Origin: Candidatus Binatia bacterium
GTDB taxonomy: Bacteria > Desulfobacterota > Binatia > Bin18
Length of the DNA stretch: 64,000 nucleotides
Direction of reading: 5' to 3'
NCBI GenBank assembly: GCA_963664395.2
Contig: OY761159.2
Location: 3,392,001 to 3,456,000 of the forward strand
Shown here: one piece after another, positions 27,880-38,163 of the stretch
Position numbering within the stretch: the first letter of the stretch is position 1
Layout of the letters: each line of letters starts with the position of its first letter
Made by a program: the position numbers and the translations under genes
The notes under the pieces: generated by a model
Databases searched by the model: none
What the model saw: only the letters and a program-made list of their open reading frames with translations
Told to the model about the DNA's origin: nothing

Positions 27880-30342
27880 ATGAAACAGAGCGCGGGCGCA
27901 GATATGCGGTCTGCCGCACGTGGACAACACTGGGACCTGTACGACCTGGACATGCTTGAGCGTATCCAGCGACGGGTCCTGTGGCTGTCAACGTATATTG
28001 TGCATTATGCGAACTTTGTTCGTCCCAACCCGGACGGGCTCAAGGTTGGCGGGCATGAGGCCAGCTCGGCGTCTGTGGTGACGCTCCTGACCGCGCTGTA
28101 TTTTTATTTTCTGCGGCCGGGTGATCGCGTTTCCATTAAGCCGCACGCCTCCCCGGTTTTCCATGCGATTCAGTTTTTACGCGGCGCTCTCCCACAAGAG
28201 AAGCTCAAAGCATTCCGTCAGTATGGCGGTCTGCAAGCCTACCCGTCCCGCACCAAAGATCCGGATCAGGTCGATTTTTCAACCGGATCGGTCGGCTTGG
28301 GTGCCGTCGCGTCGCTCTTTGGAGCGCTGGTCCGGGATTATCTTGGCGACCACGCCGGGTTGGCTGAATTTGCTGGAAATGAACAGCCGTCCGGGTTGGC
28401 TTCAGGCTGGCATATTGCATTGGTTGGTGATGCTGAGCTGGATGAGGGTAATATTTGGGAAGCGCTGGGCGAAGCCTATATTCAGCGGATGTCGCGTATG
28501 CTGTGGATCGTTGACCTGAACCGTCAGAGCCTCGACCGCGTAGTCCCGGACGGCCGCGCCCAGCAGCTGAGAGAAATGTTTTCCGCCAACGGCTGGCATA
28601 TCATCGATCTGAAATATGGCACCGCGCTCGAAGACCTCTTCCGTAAACCCTATGGGCTCAAACTCAGAGCCCGGATCGATGAGATGAGTAATGAGGAGTA
28701 TCAGAGTCTGTTGCTCCAAGACGGGATTACTATCCGTGATCGTTTTGTGCAGCACGGCGAGCACAGAGATGAGGCTATGGCCGAGCTGCTGGCTGGCTAT
28801 GAGCCGGATGAAGTGAAAGCGCTGCTGGCCAATCTTGGCGGACACGACCTGGGGCGGGTCCTCGAAGCCTTTGCCGAGGCGTTCGCCATCGACACCCAAC
28901 CCATTGTGATCTTTGCCTATACGATCAAAGGCTGGAACCTGCCGCTGGCAGGGAATCCTGCCAACCATGCTCGGCTGCTCAAGCCTGAGGAGATCGAAGG
29001 CGTCCGCCAACGTCTTGGGGTTGTTGCAGGTGAGGAGTTTGCCGCCTTTCCCCCGGACAGCGAAGAGGCGCGCTATATTAACGCGCTGCTGAAGGCGGGG
29101 GAGCTGCCGGCTGAGCAGTGCGCTGTGTCATCTGAAATTGCCGAAGCACCAGCCATTGAGATTCCGGCCGGCTTGGGCGGAACGTATCATGGCGTCCTGT
29201 CAACGCAGGCCATATTGGGCCGTATTTTTCTTGCGTTAAGCCGTCAGCCCAAGATTGCCTCCCACCTGGTAACGATTTCGCCTGATGTCGCTATGTCAAC
29301 CAATCTGGGCGGCTGGATTCACAAAGTCGGCGTGTACTCACGTCGTCAGATGAAGAATTACTTTGATGAGTCCGGCATCTCTCTGCTGATTGATTGGCGC
29401 GAGGACCCAACCGGGAAACATATCGAACTCGGTATCTCTGAGAACAATCTTTTTCTGGCCCTGGGTGCCTTTGGCTTAGCCGACGAGCTGTATGGGCAGT
29501 CCTTATTCCCGATTGGTACGGTCTACGATCCGTTTGTGTGTCGGGCGCTCGATGCCTTTATTTATGCGGCCTATTCTCAAGCAAAATTCATTGTCATTGG
29601 CACCCCCTCAGGCATCAGTCTCAGTTCTGAAGGAGGGGCGCACCAGTCGCTCATTACTCCGGGCATCGGTGTCCAACTGCCTGGGGTCACGTATTACGAG
29701 CCGGCGTATGCGCTTGAGCTGGAATGGATACTTCTGGCCGCACTGGCCGAACTTCAGGACCGGGACAACGGCAAGAGTGCCTATTTACGGCTCTCGACAA
29801 AACCGCTGGACCAGGCTGTCTTCAATATGGTGCTGGAACGAGAAGGCGAAGAAGACCTGCGGCAGCAGGTGCTCCAGGGCGGCTATCGGCTGCTGGATTG
29901 GCAGTCCGAAGAAGACTACCAGCCCGGCGCGAACGTTGTCCACGTTTTTGTGACTGGCGCCATGCTGCCGGAAGCCGTCGAGGCCGCTCAACAACTCAAG
30001 CAGCATGGGATTTTTGCCAACGTGTTTAACGTCACCAGTGCCGATCTGCTGTTTCACGACTACGTGGCGACACAGCATAAGTGTATGCAGGGCCAGCGGT
30101 ACGAAAGTTGGGTTGAAGCCCTCGTGCCGGTTGCCGAGCGAAGCGCCCCGGTTATTACCCTGCACGATGCCCATCCGCATACCCTGTCGTTTATCGGTGG
30201 GGCGTTAGCAACGCGTATGACCTGTCTTGGGGTGACGGAGTTCGGACAGTCCGGCTCGCAAGCCGACCTCTATCGGCGCTACGGGATTGCGTCTGAGAAT
30301 GTTGTCGAGGCAGCCCGCTGGATCGTTGGGCAGGAAGAATAG
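27880..30342 (+). CDS. AceE/transketolase-like ThDP enzyme (pyruvate dehydrogenase E1-like)
   Basis: KVGGHEASSAS, STGSVGLG, GDAELDEG...NRQSLD, ELGISENN, EGGAHQS, FGQSG. Confidence 0.9.
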   Translation: MKQSAGADMRSAARGQHWDLYDLDMLERIQRRVLWLSTYIVHYANFVRPNPDGLKVGGHEASSASVVTLLTALYFYFLRPGDRVSIKPHASPVFHAIQFLRGALPQEKLKAFRQYGGLQAYPSRTKDPDQVDFSTGSVGLGAVASLFGALVRDYLGDHAGLAEFAGNEQPSGLASGWHIALVGDAELDEGNIWEALGEAYIQRMSRMLWIVDLNRQSLDRVVPDGRAQQLREMFSANGWHIIDLKYGTALEDLFRKPYGLKLRARIDEMSNEEYQSLLLQDGITIRDRFVQHGEHRDEAMAELLAGYEPDEVKALLANLGGHDLGRVLEAFAEAFAIDTQPIVIFAYTIKGWNLPLAGNPANHARLLKPEEIEGVRQRLGVVAGEEFAAFPPDSEEARYINALLKAGELPAEQCAVSSEIAEAPAIEIPAGLGGTYHGVLSTQAILGRIFLALSRQPKIASHLVTISPDVAMSTNLGGWIHKVGVYSRRQMKNYFDESGISLLIDWREDPTGKHIELGISENNLFLALGAFGLADELYGQSLFPIGTVYDPFVCRALDAFIYAAYSQAKFIVIGTPSGISLSSEGGAHQSLITPGIGVQLPGVTYYEPAYALELEWILLAALAELQDRDNGKSAYLRLSTKPLDQAVFNMVLEREGEEDLRQQVLQGGYRLLDWQSEEDYQPGANVVHVFVTGAMLPEAVEAAQQLKQHGIFANVFNVTSADLLFHDYVATQHKCMQGQRYESWVEALVPVAERSAPVITLHDAHPHTLSFIGGALATRMTCLGVTEFGQSGSQADLYRRYGIASENVVEAARWIVGQEE

Positions 30343-31041
30343 GAAGAATAGGGGGAAGGGCACCCTCAAGGGTTGCCCCTACTTTTTGCTCCCTCGCCCG
30401 ATGGGAGAGGGTTGGGGTGAGGGTTGCGCAGTGCGCGTCTCTCGATACGCCCGCCTTGCTTCAAGCAATGCCCCGGTGAGCCCGGTCGTAAGCTGCTCGT
30501 CCTGATGCTCAAGGCCGGCATCAAGAAAGGCTTGTTTGACTACCTGGATAGCTTCAAATGCTTCGTCAAAGAGATGGTTGAGAAGCGTGTGAAAAAGCAC
30601 TTGTCCCGGTTTGCTGAGCGGGCCTGCCTCAACGGCATACAGGGCTCCGATAAGCTGCTGAGTGATCTGACTCACGGCAAAGAGCCGGGTGGAGTGGTTG
30701 GTCAGCAACGAGTGCTTGTGTAAAAACAACCCACGCAAGAATCGACTGTAGTGATCGCGTTGACGGCGGAGATTGCGGAGGCTGTGCAAAAAGGCTTCGG
30801 GTTGTCCGTGGGCCGCTGGCGGCATGACTGATCCTAGACGCATTGGGTCGAGCTTTTGCCTATGCCGAGTGAGAAGAACTGTCAATGCAACAGGCTTCTC
30901 TTGGTCTCTTCACGTGACGACGATTCTCTTATTTGTGTTGATTCTCTTGCCCGCCGGACAACGGCGCTCGCCCTGAGGCCATTGCTGCCTCGTCCTCTCT
31001 ACGCTTAGATAGCGATAGCCTTACGAGAAGAAAGACAACTC

Positions 31042-31629
31042 ATGCGTATCGGTCTTGTCACTGACACCCATCTCCCGAGTACTATTCGCGAGCTGTGGGA
31101 TGAAGTACGAGTTGCTTTTGCAGGCGTGGACCTGATTCTCCATGGCGGGGATATCGTGTCTCCGCGCGTACTGGACTGGCTGGACGACATTGCGCCCACG
31201 CGCGCCGCTCGGGGTAATAATGACGGTGGGTGGGAAGACCCGCGTCTGGAAGACGTGCAGTGGCTGCACCTCGAAGGCTGGCGGATTGTCATGATCCACG
31301 ACATGGAGCCTGAGGAGCGTCCGATTGCAGCCTTACAAGAGAGGTATCTGCGCGGCGAACATGCGGACATCATCATCACCGGGCATACCCACTTTGAGCG
31401 ATTGGAGTATCGAGACGGGGTCCTTCAGGTTAACTCGGGCAGTGCCACCCACCCCCATCTGTGGTCTACCCGGCTTGGAACGGTCGGGGTGCTCGATATC
31501 GCACCCGGAAAAATGACCGCCCGTATCCTTCGACTGGGCGAAAGCCCCGACTTGAAGAATCCAGGCCGGGAATTGTTCTTTGACCTGGAAGACTATCTGC
31601 GCTCGGAGCGTAACCCGCCAGCTCCATAG
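31042..31629 (+). CDS. Metallophosphoesterase (YfcE/MJ0936 family)
   Basis: DTH, HGGD, RGNND, GHTH, NSGS. Confidence 0.9.
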   Translation: MRIGLVTDTHLPSTIRELWDEVRVAFAGVDLILHGGDIVSPRVLDWLDDIAPTRAARGNNDGGWEDPRLEDVQWLHLEGWRIVMIHDMEPEERPIAALQERYLRGEHADIIITGHTHFERLEYRDGVLQVNSGSATHPHLWSTRLGTVGVLDIAPGKMTARILRLGESPDLKNPGRELFFDLEDYLRSERNPPAP

Positions 31630-31631
31630 CA

Positions 31632-32564
31632 CTATTTCCCCAGCGCCTGCAACCTGTCCAGCGACGGGGCAAAGAAGTGTGCGCCCGATACTGCCTGGGT
31701 GTAGTCCATGAGATGATCGTGCCGTCCATCCCCGCCGGCTCCCAGCATCCGCCGTAGCATCTTGTCGGTAATATCGAGGTCTTTGGTATAGGCAATGAAG
31801 AACAAGCCCGCCTCCGAGGTCGTGCCATAGGGAAAACTGTGGCGCAGGATTTCCAGTTCTTGCCCGTTTTCTTCTATGACCACCCGGCTGATATGGGCGG
31901 TTGGGGGTTTGGCCTCGTCGGGCAGCTCTTCGCTATCGGCCTTGCGTCGGCCTACGGCTTTTTCCTGCTCGTCTTGTGGGATAGCATTCCACTTAGAGAA
32001 ATTATGCACATAGCGTTGGGTGAAAACGTAACTGCCACCGGCGAAGTCGGGATCTTCGTCACCGATCAGGGCTACCTCCGCTCGCTCCTTAGCGCCACTC
32101 GGATTTTCCGTGCCGTCAATAAACCCGGTCAGATCGCGTGAGTCCAGGTAGCGAAAGCCGTGAACCTCGTCCAGCACGTCTATCGCCTCTCCGAGCTGAC
32201 CCCGAATCTGTGTGGCCAGCTCGAAATTGAGGTCCAGCCGTTTTGAGATGAGGTGAAACAGGATGTCACCGCCTGTGCTTGGTGCGGTCTTGCCCGGCAG
32301 GTCAATGGCGCTGAAGGGTCGCAACCCCCTGGGCCGTCGGCCTGGGGAGAGCACATCCCAAAAGCCCGAGCCAAAACTGACCGTACACACCAGAGCGGCC
32401 TCCGGGTCGTGCCGGCCAACCGCTGTCACCAACTCGGGAACGCCGGCGACCACCCCGGCGACCGTTCCGCCGTTGGTGGTTGGATTGTTGACTCTGGTGA
32501 CCAGAAAGAGGGCATGTTGATTCGGCTCTGGAATGATGCCCGCCTGCGGCGTGTGTGCTGCCAT
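31632..32564 (-). CDS. DyP-type peroxidase
   Basis: RDLTGFIDGTENP, GGSYVFTQRYVH, AHISR, ILRHSFPYG. Confidence 0.93.
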   Translation of the reverse strand: MAAHTPQAGIIPEPNQHALFLVTRVNNPTTNGGTVAGVVAGVPELVTAVGRHDPEAALVCTVSFGSGFWDVLSPGRRPRGLRPFSAIDLPGKTAPSTGGDILFHLISKRLDLNFELATQIRGQLGEAIDVLDEVHGFRYLDSRDLTGFIDGTENPSGAKERAEVALIGDEDPDFAGGSYVFTQRYVHNFSKWNAIPQDEQEKAVGRRKADSEELPDEAKPPTAHISRVVIEENGQELEILRHSFPYGTTSEAGLFFIAYTKDLDITDKMLRRMLGAGGDGRHDHLMDYTQAVSGAHFFAPSLDRLQALGK

Positions 32565-32714
32565 TTCTCCCTCCTGAGGTGTGCTGGATTGCGCCTCCGA
32601 TACCCCTTAACTGTAATTGAGGGCGGGGCTCCATGCCAGTCAGGTTGCGGCTCGGAACGAAAGAAAGGAGAATTATAGACTGAATTGGCCATTCGCCCGT
32701 TCCGCCAGACTGCC

Positions 32715-33143
32715 CTATAGGAACGCAAGCAGACCAAGGGCGGCCACAATCAAGCTAACAATCTTCCAGACTCTCTCCGCCTTGTCCCGTCTCTCCATTT
32801 CCTCCTTGAACGTGGATTCGGTCAGGGGTTTGTCGTCCTGAATACCCGCAAGCGCCCGAACGGCGACCCGGCCCGCCTTGCCGGACTTCGCCAGACCAGC
32901 AAGCCACGTTTGATGCAGCAGCCTCGCCGACACGGAATCAGCGGCATTTTCCTTGGCGTCCGTCATCGTGGGGAATTCGTCCCCACGAACATATCCGCCG
33001 TTGACGCCGAATACGTTCTGCGTGTCCCGGAGCCAGAGAACTGCCGTGTTCGAATTTGGATCGAGCTTGACGTGTCCTAGCTCTTCAATGTTCTTCCCGA
33101 CCTTCTGGAGAACGTTGTCGCTGTCCCAAACAACGCTGCTCAT
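32715..33143 (-). CDS. Hypothetical protein with C-terminal TM anchor
   Basis: 142-aa ORF with hydrophobic C-terminus; start uncertain. Confidence 0.55.
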   Translation of the reverse strand: MSSVVWDSDNVLQKVGKNIEELGHVKLDPNSNTAVLWLRDTQNVFGVNGGYVRGDEFPTMTDAKENAADSVSARLLHQTWLAGLAKSGKAGRVAVRALAGIQDDKPLTESTFKEEMERRDKAERVWKIVSLIVAALGLLAFL

Positions 33144-33474
33144 CGTCCATCCCGTCCCGGTTGCACCGCGTGGCTCCTCTAGTTTTCTTTGGGAATTATA
33201 TATTTGACTAGCCGTTGCAGCTAGTGGAGATTTAGGGGTCAGGACTGCGGAAAATCTGGAGCAGTGGTTTTTGAAACCCGTTGATCCCGTTACCCTTCCA
33301 GCCACCCAAAAATCTTAGCGATATCTGTCGCCATGGTATTCAGTCTGCCCTCAAGATACTCGCGTTGGCGCTGACGGCCTTGGGCAATGCTGACCCAGAG
33401 GGCTAAGACAGAAATCACCACTGTTGCGATCGTCAGTGCAAACCCTATCCAGACCGGACAAGATGCATGGTGTC

Positions 33475-33609
33475 CTACTCATCGAGATCGAACAACGCAC
33501 GGGCAAGCGCGGCAGCGCGCTCATGGACTTCTTCCGGGATGGGAGGGGTCTCCTGTTCAGGGGGCTCTTCTGCGGTCACCAGCGGCTGGACATCCTTTTC
33601 CTTGTCCAT
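33475..33609 (-). CDS. Acidic microprotein (44 aa)
   Basis: GGAGG RBS; starts 1 nt after the stop of the upstream ORF. Confidence 0.5.
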   Translation of the reverse strand: MDKEKDVQPLVTAEEPPEQETPPIPEEVHERAAALARALFDLDE

Positions 33610-33610
33610 G

Positions 33611-33823
33611 TTACCCTCCCTGTGAGGACGGATTGGGCTGATTACGTTCCAGGAGTGCCCGCAGGCCCGCACTCTGCTCGCGGATACCCGCAGCCATACT
33701 GAGCATGAGTTCATTACTCGCCGCACGATTATCATTGCTTTTACGCATTTCGTTAATCCCCCATAGAATTGCTCCAAGCTGGGCGAAATACGTCACAATG
33801 GACAGCCACTCAAACAGCGTCAT
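33611..33823 (-). CDS. Small TM + coiled-coil protein
   Basis: N-terminal hydrophobic helix followed by an amphipathic helix. Confidence 0.55.
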   Translation of the reverse strand: MTLFEWLSIVTYFAQLGAILWGINEMRKSNDNRAASNELMLSMAAGIREQSAGLRALLERNQPNPSSQGG

Positions 33824-33883
33824 AGTCTCTCTTCCCGTTCAGTGCCACTATCCTATTTCCTTATGGCATATATACCAGGATTC

Positions 33884-34127
33884 GGTAGTGTCTCACTTTG
33901 AAATTTATTCTCCTCGCCGCTGATTGCCTGCCCATCTTTTTCGACGCCCTCGTCATTTTTCTTCACTTCCTACCAATTTTGGTAGGGACAAGAGCGGCAA
34001 ATTATGCGTAGTATCCATTCTTACCAGTGAGGCCAAAATTATCAGCGAGGCCAAAACACTGCGGCAGGCGGAGTCAAGGTCCGCCATACGAGAGCGAAAT
34101 CCAAAGGATTCAAACTGAGACACTACC
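33884..34127. mobile_element. MITE copy 2
   Basis: Same TIRs as copy 1; 8-bp direct repeat caggattc (33876-33883, 34128-34135). Confidence 0.9.
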
Positions 34128-34341
34128 CAGGATTCCGGTATATATCCCACTGTCTCAATCAGCAAGAGGCTCCGTGAGTCGGGCCTTCTGCTCAATAGAA
34201 GAGTGGCATCCAGGCGTGGGAGTAGCTACCCGCGTCGCCGCGAATAGGCAGGACATTCATAACAGTCTCTTGCTGTGATTGGGACACGGCCCGGCACTCC
34301 CGCCGGTTCGCACCCCTCACCGTTAGAGAAGGAGGCGTATC

Positions 34342-35472
34342 ATGACGGACTGGACCAACACCCGGTTGAATCTGCGGTATCGGTGGAAAACGGTGCTCAT
34401 CTGGGGCATCGGCATCGTGGGGGCATGTGTGGTGGCGTTATGGAGTGGGCGGGCGGACGCCTGGGTGCAAGACTACCAGCCCTTTCCCGATGGCAACGCC
34501 CCCGTTGTCGTCCATCGGTTTTGCCGCGGCCCTGCATGCGGTTCTCTCTCTCAACGGGATTGGCAACAGACCATCCGGTCAGTCGTGGCCGAGTGGAACA
34601 ACACGGGGTCCGCCTTTATGTTTGAAGAGCGAGGGCTCCGCAATACCGACGATCCGTGCCGCCTGCCTGGGGCCGTAGCTGTGATCGTGACCGACCCTGC
34701 GTCCCTGTGCCCAGGAGACGGGCCACTTCGCTACAATGCGAGAACGGAGTTCGGGGGAAGACAAGCACGGGTTTATATCAATGCCACCACCCGCTCTGCT
34801 CGATCCCTGAGCAGCCTTCGCCGGATGCTCCTGCACGAATTCGGCCATGTGGCGGGGCTTAATCACCCGGATGCTGCTGGACAGAATGTGACGGCCGTTA
34901 TGAATGGCACCGTCTATTACGATCACTTACAGGCCGATGATATTGCCGGCATTCAGGCGCTCTATCCAGCATCGGAGGCCCTGGCTGGCCTCCTGGAGAA
35001 CCCAGGAGACGGTTCGTCTCGGAGCGGGATCGGAATTATCTCAGGCTGGGTATGTGAGGCGAATGAGGTGACAATCGAACTGAGTGGAGATTTCTATAAG
35101 CAAGTCTGGAAGGCGGCGTATGGGACCAACCGCCCAGACACCTGGGATGTGTGCGGGGATGGGAACAACGGGTTTGGACTGCTGTTCAACTGGAACCGGC
35201 TGGGCGATGGAAAGCATAGGGTCGTGGCGCTCGTCGATGGAGTCGAACTCGGCCGGGCCACAGTGACCGTGACGACGCTCGGGGAGGAGTTCCTGCGCGG
35301 AGCCAAAGGGGAGTACGTCCTTGAGGACTTTCCCTCCCCCGGCCGTTCGGTCGTGATTGAGTGGGAAGAATCCCTTCAGAACTTCGTCATCAGACCAAGT
35401 GGGGATGAGCCAGAAGAACCACAGGAGTGCCAGTACCCGGAGATCCCGGGGGCGTGCGGGGACGATGGGTAG
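34342..35472 (+). CDS. Exported matrixin-family (metzincin) metalloprotease with C-terminal Ig-like domain
   Basis: HEFGHVAGLNH, Met-turn AVM, DDIAGIQALYP; AAGGAGG RBS; signal peptide. Confidence 0.88.
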   Translation: MTDWTNTRLNLRYRWKTVLIWGIGIVGACVVALWSGRADAWVQDYQPFPDGNAPVVVHRFCRGPACGSLSQRDWQQTIRSVVAEWNNTGSAFMFEERGLRNTDDPCRLPGAVAVIVTDPASLCPGDGPLRYNARTEFGGRQARVYINATTRSARSLSSLRRMLLHEFGHVAGLNHPDAAGQNVTAVMNGTVYYDHLQADDIAGIQALYPASEALAGLLENPGDGSSRSGIGIISGWVCEANEVTIELSGDFYKQVWKAAYGTNRPDTWDVCGDGNNGFGLLFNWNRLGDGKHRVVALVDGVELGRATVTVTTLGEEFLRGAKGEYVLEDFPSPGRSVVIEWEESLQNFVIRPSGDEPEEPQECQYPEIPGACGDDG

Positions 35473-36122
35473 GGTCTCAGTTTGACACTCCCCTAACCGT
35501 CAGGCACAAAAGAGAAAAGCCCTAGCAAAAGCTAGGGCTTAACCGAAGATTACCGCGTCCTGTTGGCGCAGGACACGGAGAAAGTGAGGCGCTCTCATGC
35601 GTCAACGTACCCCTCGCCCTGCGGGCCGTCAAGACATCCCTGAGGAACAGCTTGCGGACAAAGTAGCGGCGTGTGAGATCGGACTCAGTGCTCTCCACGC
35701 CCTTGCGAAATTCGGTAATCCCGACTGGCATCAGGCGTTCAACCAAGAACTCAGCGCACAAGTTCGAGGTAAGGGTCTCGAACCCGCTGTTGCCAGAGCA
35801 CTGGAGCGGATGTTTGACGTGCGTTTGACTTCCTGACCCGGTGGGGCGTTTGCTCGCGCTTGGCCCGCCACTCGGCTTGGGCCTCCTGCGAGCGCTTCCT
35901 GTCTGCACGGACGATCTGCGCAACCCGTTGCTCAACGGCGGGGGCGTTGCACCTGACTTGTTCACGATAGACGTATTCAAGAAGCATAGACTGTCATCAA
36001 CCCCCACCCACCAAGTCTTGATACAACAACCGCTGCCCCACACAGCCGGCTACCACATGCGCCATTTGGTCCATCGTCCCCGCCTCCCGGATATTCTGCC
36101 GATAAATAGGTTTATAATTCCC
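35468..36122 (-). mobile_element. Internally deleted IS1595-family derivative: transposase C-terminal remnant (~35997-36100) between TIR-like ends
   Basis: Minus-strand peptide RQNIREAGTMDQMAHVVAGCVGQRLLYQDLV resembles IS1595 transposase C-termini; ggtagggtctcagtttga at 35468 resembles the MITE TIR; gggaattataaaccta end at 36122. Confidence 0.6.
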
Positions 36123-36153
36123 AACAAAAGACGCCCGTTCGGCGCGTCTTTTG

Positions 36154-36732
36154 TTAACCCAATTCGTCGAGAGTGAGACGGAAACTCGGGACAAAGGTCT
36201 CCAGAAAATAGCGTACCTCCGGCAGGTCAATCTGCTCAACCGTGTCCTTGAGCGCCTGTTCGGCCTGTGAAAACTCCTGATTGCCTGCGCTGACCTCTTC
36301 CAGGCATTTGAGATACGCACACAGCTTGTCTGCGGCTTTTACCAGCTCTGTGTGGTCGTGGTCGGCTTCATCAGCCAGAAAGAAGGGTTGGTAGTCGTCT
36401 CTGAGTTCTTCGGGCAGCATGCTGAACAGCTTGTGCACCGCGGTCTGCTCAATGGTCTTATAGGCGGTCTTGATCTCAGGGTTAAAATACTTGACCGGTG
36501 TGGGCAGGTCGCCGATCAAGACCTCGCCAACATCGTGGTAGAGGGCCAGAGTTGCGGCTCGCTCCGGGTTCACCTCGCCGGAAAAAAGGCGATTCCGAAT
36601 AACGGCTAACATATGGGCAACCAGCGCGACCTGCAGGCTGTGTTCCTGGATGTTTTCCGGATAGGCGCTATGCATCAGACCCCAGCGCCGAATAAATTTC
36701 ATGCGAGAAAGATACGCAAACAGATGGCTCAT
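36154..36732 (-). CDS. yfbR: 5'-deoxynucleotidase (HD family)
   Basis: RMKFIRRWGLM, ENIQEHS, YHD, GDLPTPVKYFNP, KAADKLCAYLKCLEE. Confidence 0.93.
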   Translation of the reverse strand: MSHLFAYLSRMKFIRRWGLMHSAYPENIQEHSLQVALVAHMLAVIRNRLFSGEVNPERAATLALYHDVGEVLIGDLPTPVKYFNPEIKTAYKTIEQTAVHKLFSMLPEELRDDYQPFFLADEADHDHTELVKAADKLCAYLKCLEEVSAGNQEFSQAEQALKDTVEQIDLPEVRYFLETFVPSFRLTLDELG

Positions 36733-36777
36733 AAGAGACTCCGCATTCGTTCTGCCCGGATCAAGAGTGAAGCCCCG

Positions 36778-38013
36778 TCAGCCTGGGATCATTCCAAATA
36801 CGCGTAAGAATTGAAAGACGCCCAAGCCCGTCACAATGAGCACAACCGCGCTGCCCGCCATATTGGCCAGGGGGCCGTTTGTGTACGCGCCGAGGAGATT
36901 CTCCTTATTCATGACGAACAGGAGACAGCCGGCAAGGAGGGGGAGTAAGCACGCGTTGACCGCTTGGGCAAGCAGGATAGCCATCAGCGGGTGCTGCCCA
37001 AAAAAGGCCAGCCCTGTCCCAATCAGGACGATCGCACTCCACACCAGTCGAACCTTCCCGCTATGGCCGTCTCCTGACCAGCCCAGCACCCCGGCCGTGG
37101 CATAGGCGGCGGCAAGTGGGGCGGTGACGGCACTGGTCAACCCGGCGGCAAACAGGCCGGTCGCAAAAAGGAGACGCGCGTGTGAGCCGACAAGCGGCTC
37201 AAGTTGTCTGGCTATGGAGGCGGCATTTTCCAATGGCATCCCCTGGCCAAAAAAAGCCGAGGCCGCGGTTGCGACCATGGCCAGGGTGAGAACACCACCC
37301 AGACTGATCGAGAGCAGCGTATCGGCACGTGCCTCACGCAGTGCTTGTGGAGCGCGCATTGTAGCCGGCCACTTGGCTTGGACCGTACTGGCGTGCAGAA
37401 ACAAATTGTACGGAACGACTGTGGTGCCGATCAGCGCCATCACTGTCACAAATGACCCGGGGGGTATGGTCGGGCTGAAGAAGCCGGACAAGATGTCCGA
37501 GAGTGCTGGTTGGACGAGAAGAGCCGTCAGCAGAAAGACCCCACTCATGAGCACAACGAGCAGAACCAGCACGCGCTCAATAGCCGCATACGTCCCGGAC
37601 CACAGCAACCCAAAGGCCAGACCGCCAATGAGCAGGGTCCAGGCTGAGGCCGGGAGCCCGGAGACATCGGCTAAGGCCACCGCCGCGCCAAGGATATTGC
37701 CCATCTCAAACGCGGCGTTGCCACAGCCAATGCCGATGACCACAAGGGTCAGGAGCGGGATACGGAGGAGTGGGGTCTGAATAACCGTCCGCAACGCTTC
37801 GCCTAATCCACTGCGCGCAACAACACCGAGTCGGGCCGCCATTTCTTGCAGGACGAGTGTTGCAAAAATGGAAAACCCTACCGCCCACACCAGGGCAAAC
37901 CCAAACTGTGCCCCTGCGATACTAGCGGTCGTTACGGTCCCCGGACCAATAAAGGCGGCGGCAACGAGAAACCCAGGACCAAAGAGACTCTTGCGCTGCA
38001 TGCCTGAGTCCAT
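36778..38013 (-). CDS. Nramp-family (YcsG-like) transporter
   Basis: GPGFLVAAAFIGPGTVTT, GTTVVPYNLFLH. Confidence 0.88.
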   Translation of the reverse strand: MDSGMQRKSLFGPGFLVAAAFIGPGTVTTASIAGAQFGFALVWAVGFSIFATLVLQEMAARLGVVARSGLGEALRTVIQTPLLRIPLLTLVVIGIGCGNAAFEMGNILGAAVALADVSGLPASAWTLLIGGLAFGLLWSGTYAAIERVLVLLVVLMSGVFLLTALLVQPALSDILSGFFSPTIPPGSFVTVMALIGTTVVPYNLFLHASTVQAKWPATMRAPQALREARADTLLSISLGGVLTLAMVATAASAFFGQGMPLENAASIARQLEPLVGSHARLLFATGLFAAGLTSAVTAPLAAAYATAGVLGWSGDGHSGKVRLVWSAIVLIGTGLAFFGQHPLMAILLAQAVNACLLPLLAGCLLFVMNKENLLGAYTNGPLANMAGSAVVLIVTGLGVFQFLRVFGMIPG

Positions 38014-38163
38014 AGCATGTTTATGTGGTATAGGCCGAGACAGGTGAGAGTGAACCTCCTTTTTGAGGCACACCGCACAGCCCCTGCTGAGGCAACACCG
38101 TCTCGGGAATGGTCATCGCCCGGCGCGGATGGCGCGGATAGGGCAGGCGGCCGGCCGCGCTGG

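Noticed and set aside
31632-32564. Encapsulin cargo DyP (also 52926-53846)
   Set aside because: No adjacent encapsulin gene and no C-terminal targeting peptide
33924-34195. ORFs inside MITE copies
   Set aside because: Frames differ between copies and show no transposase motifs
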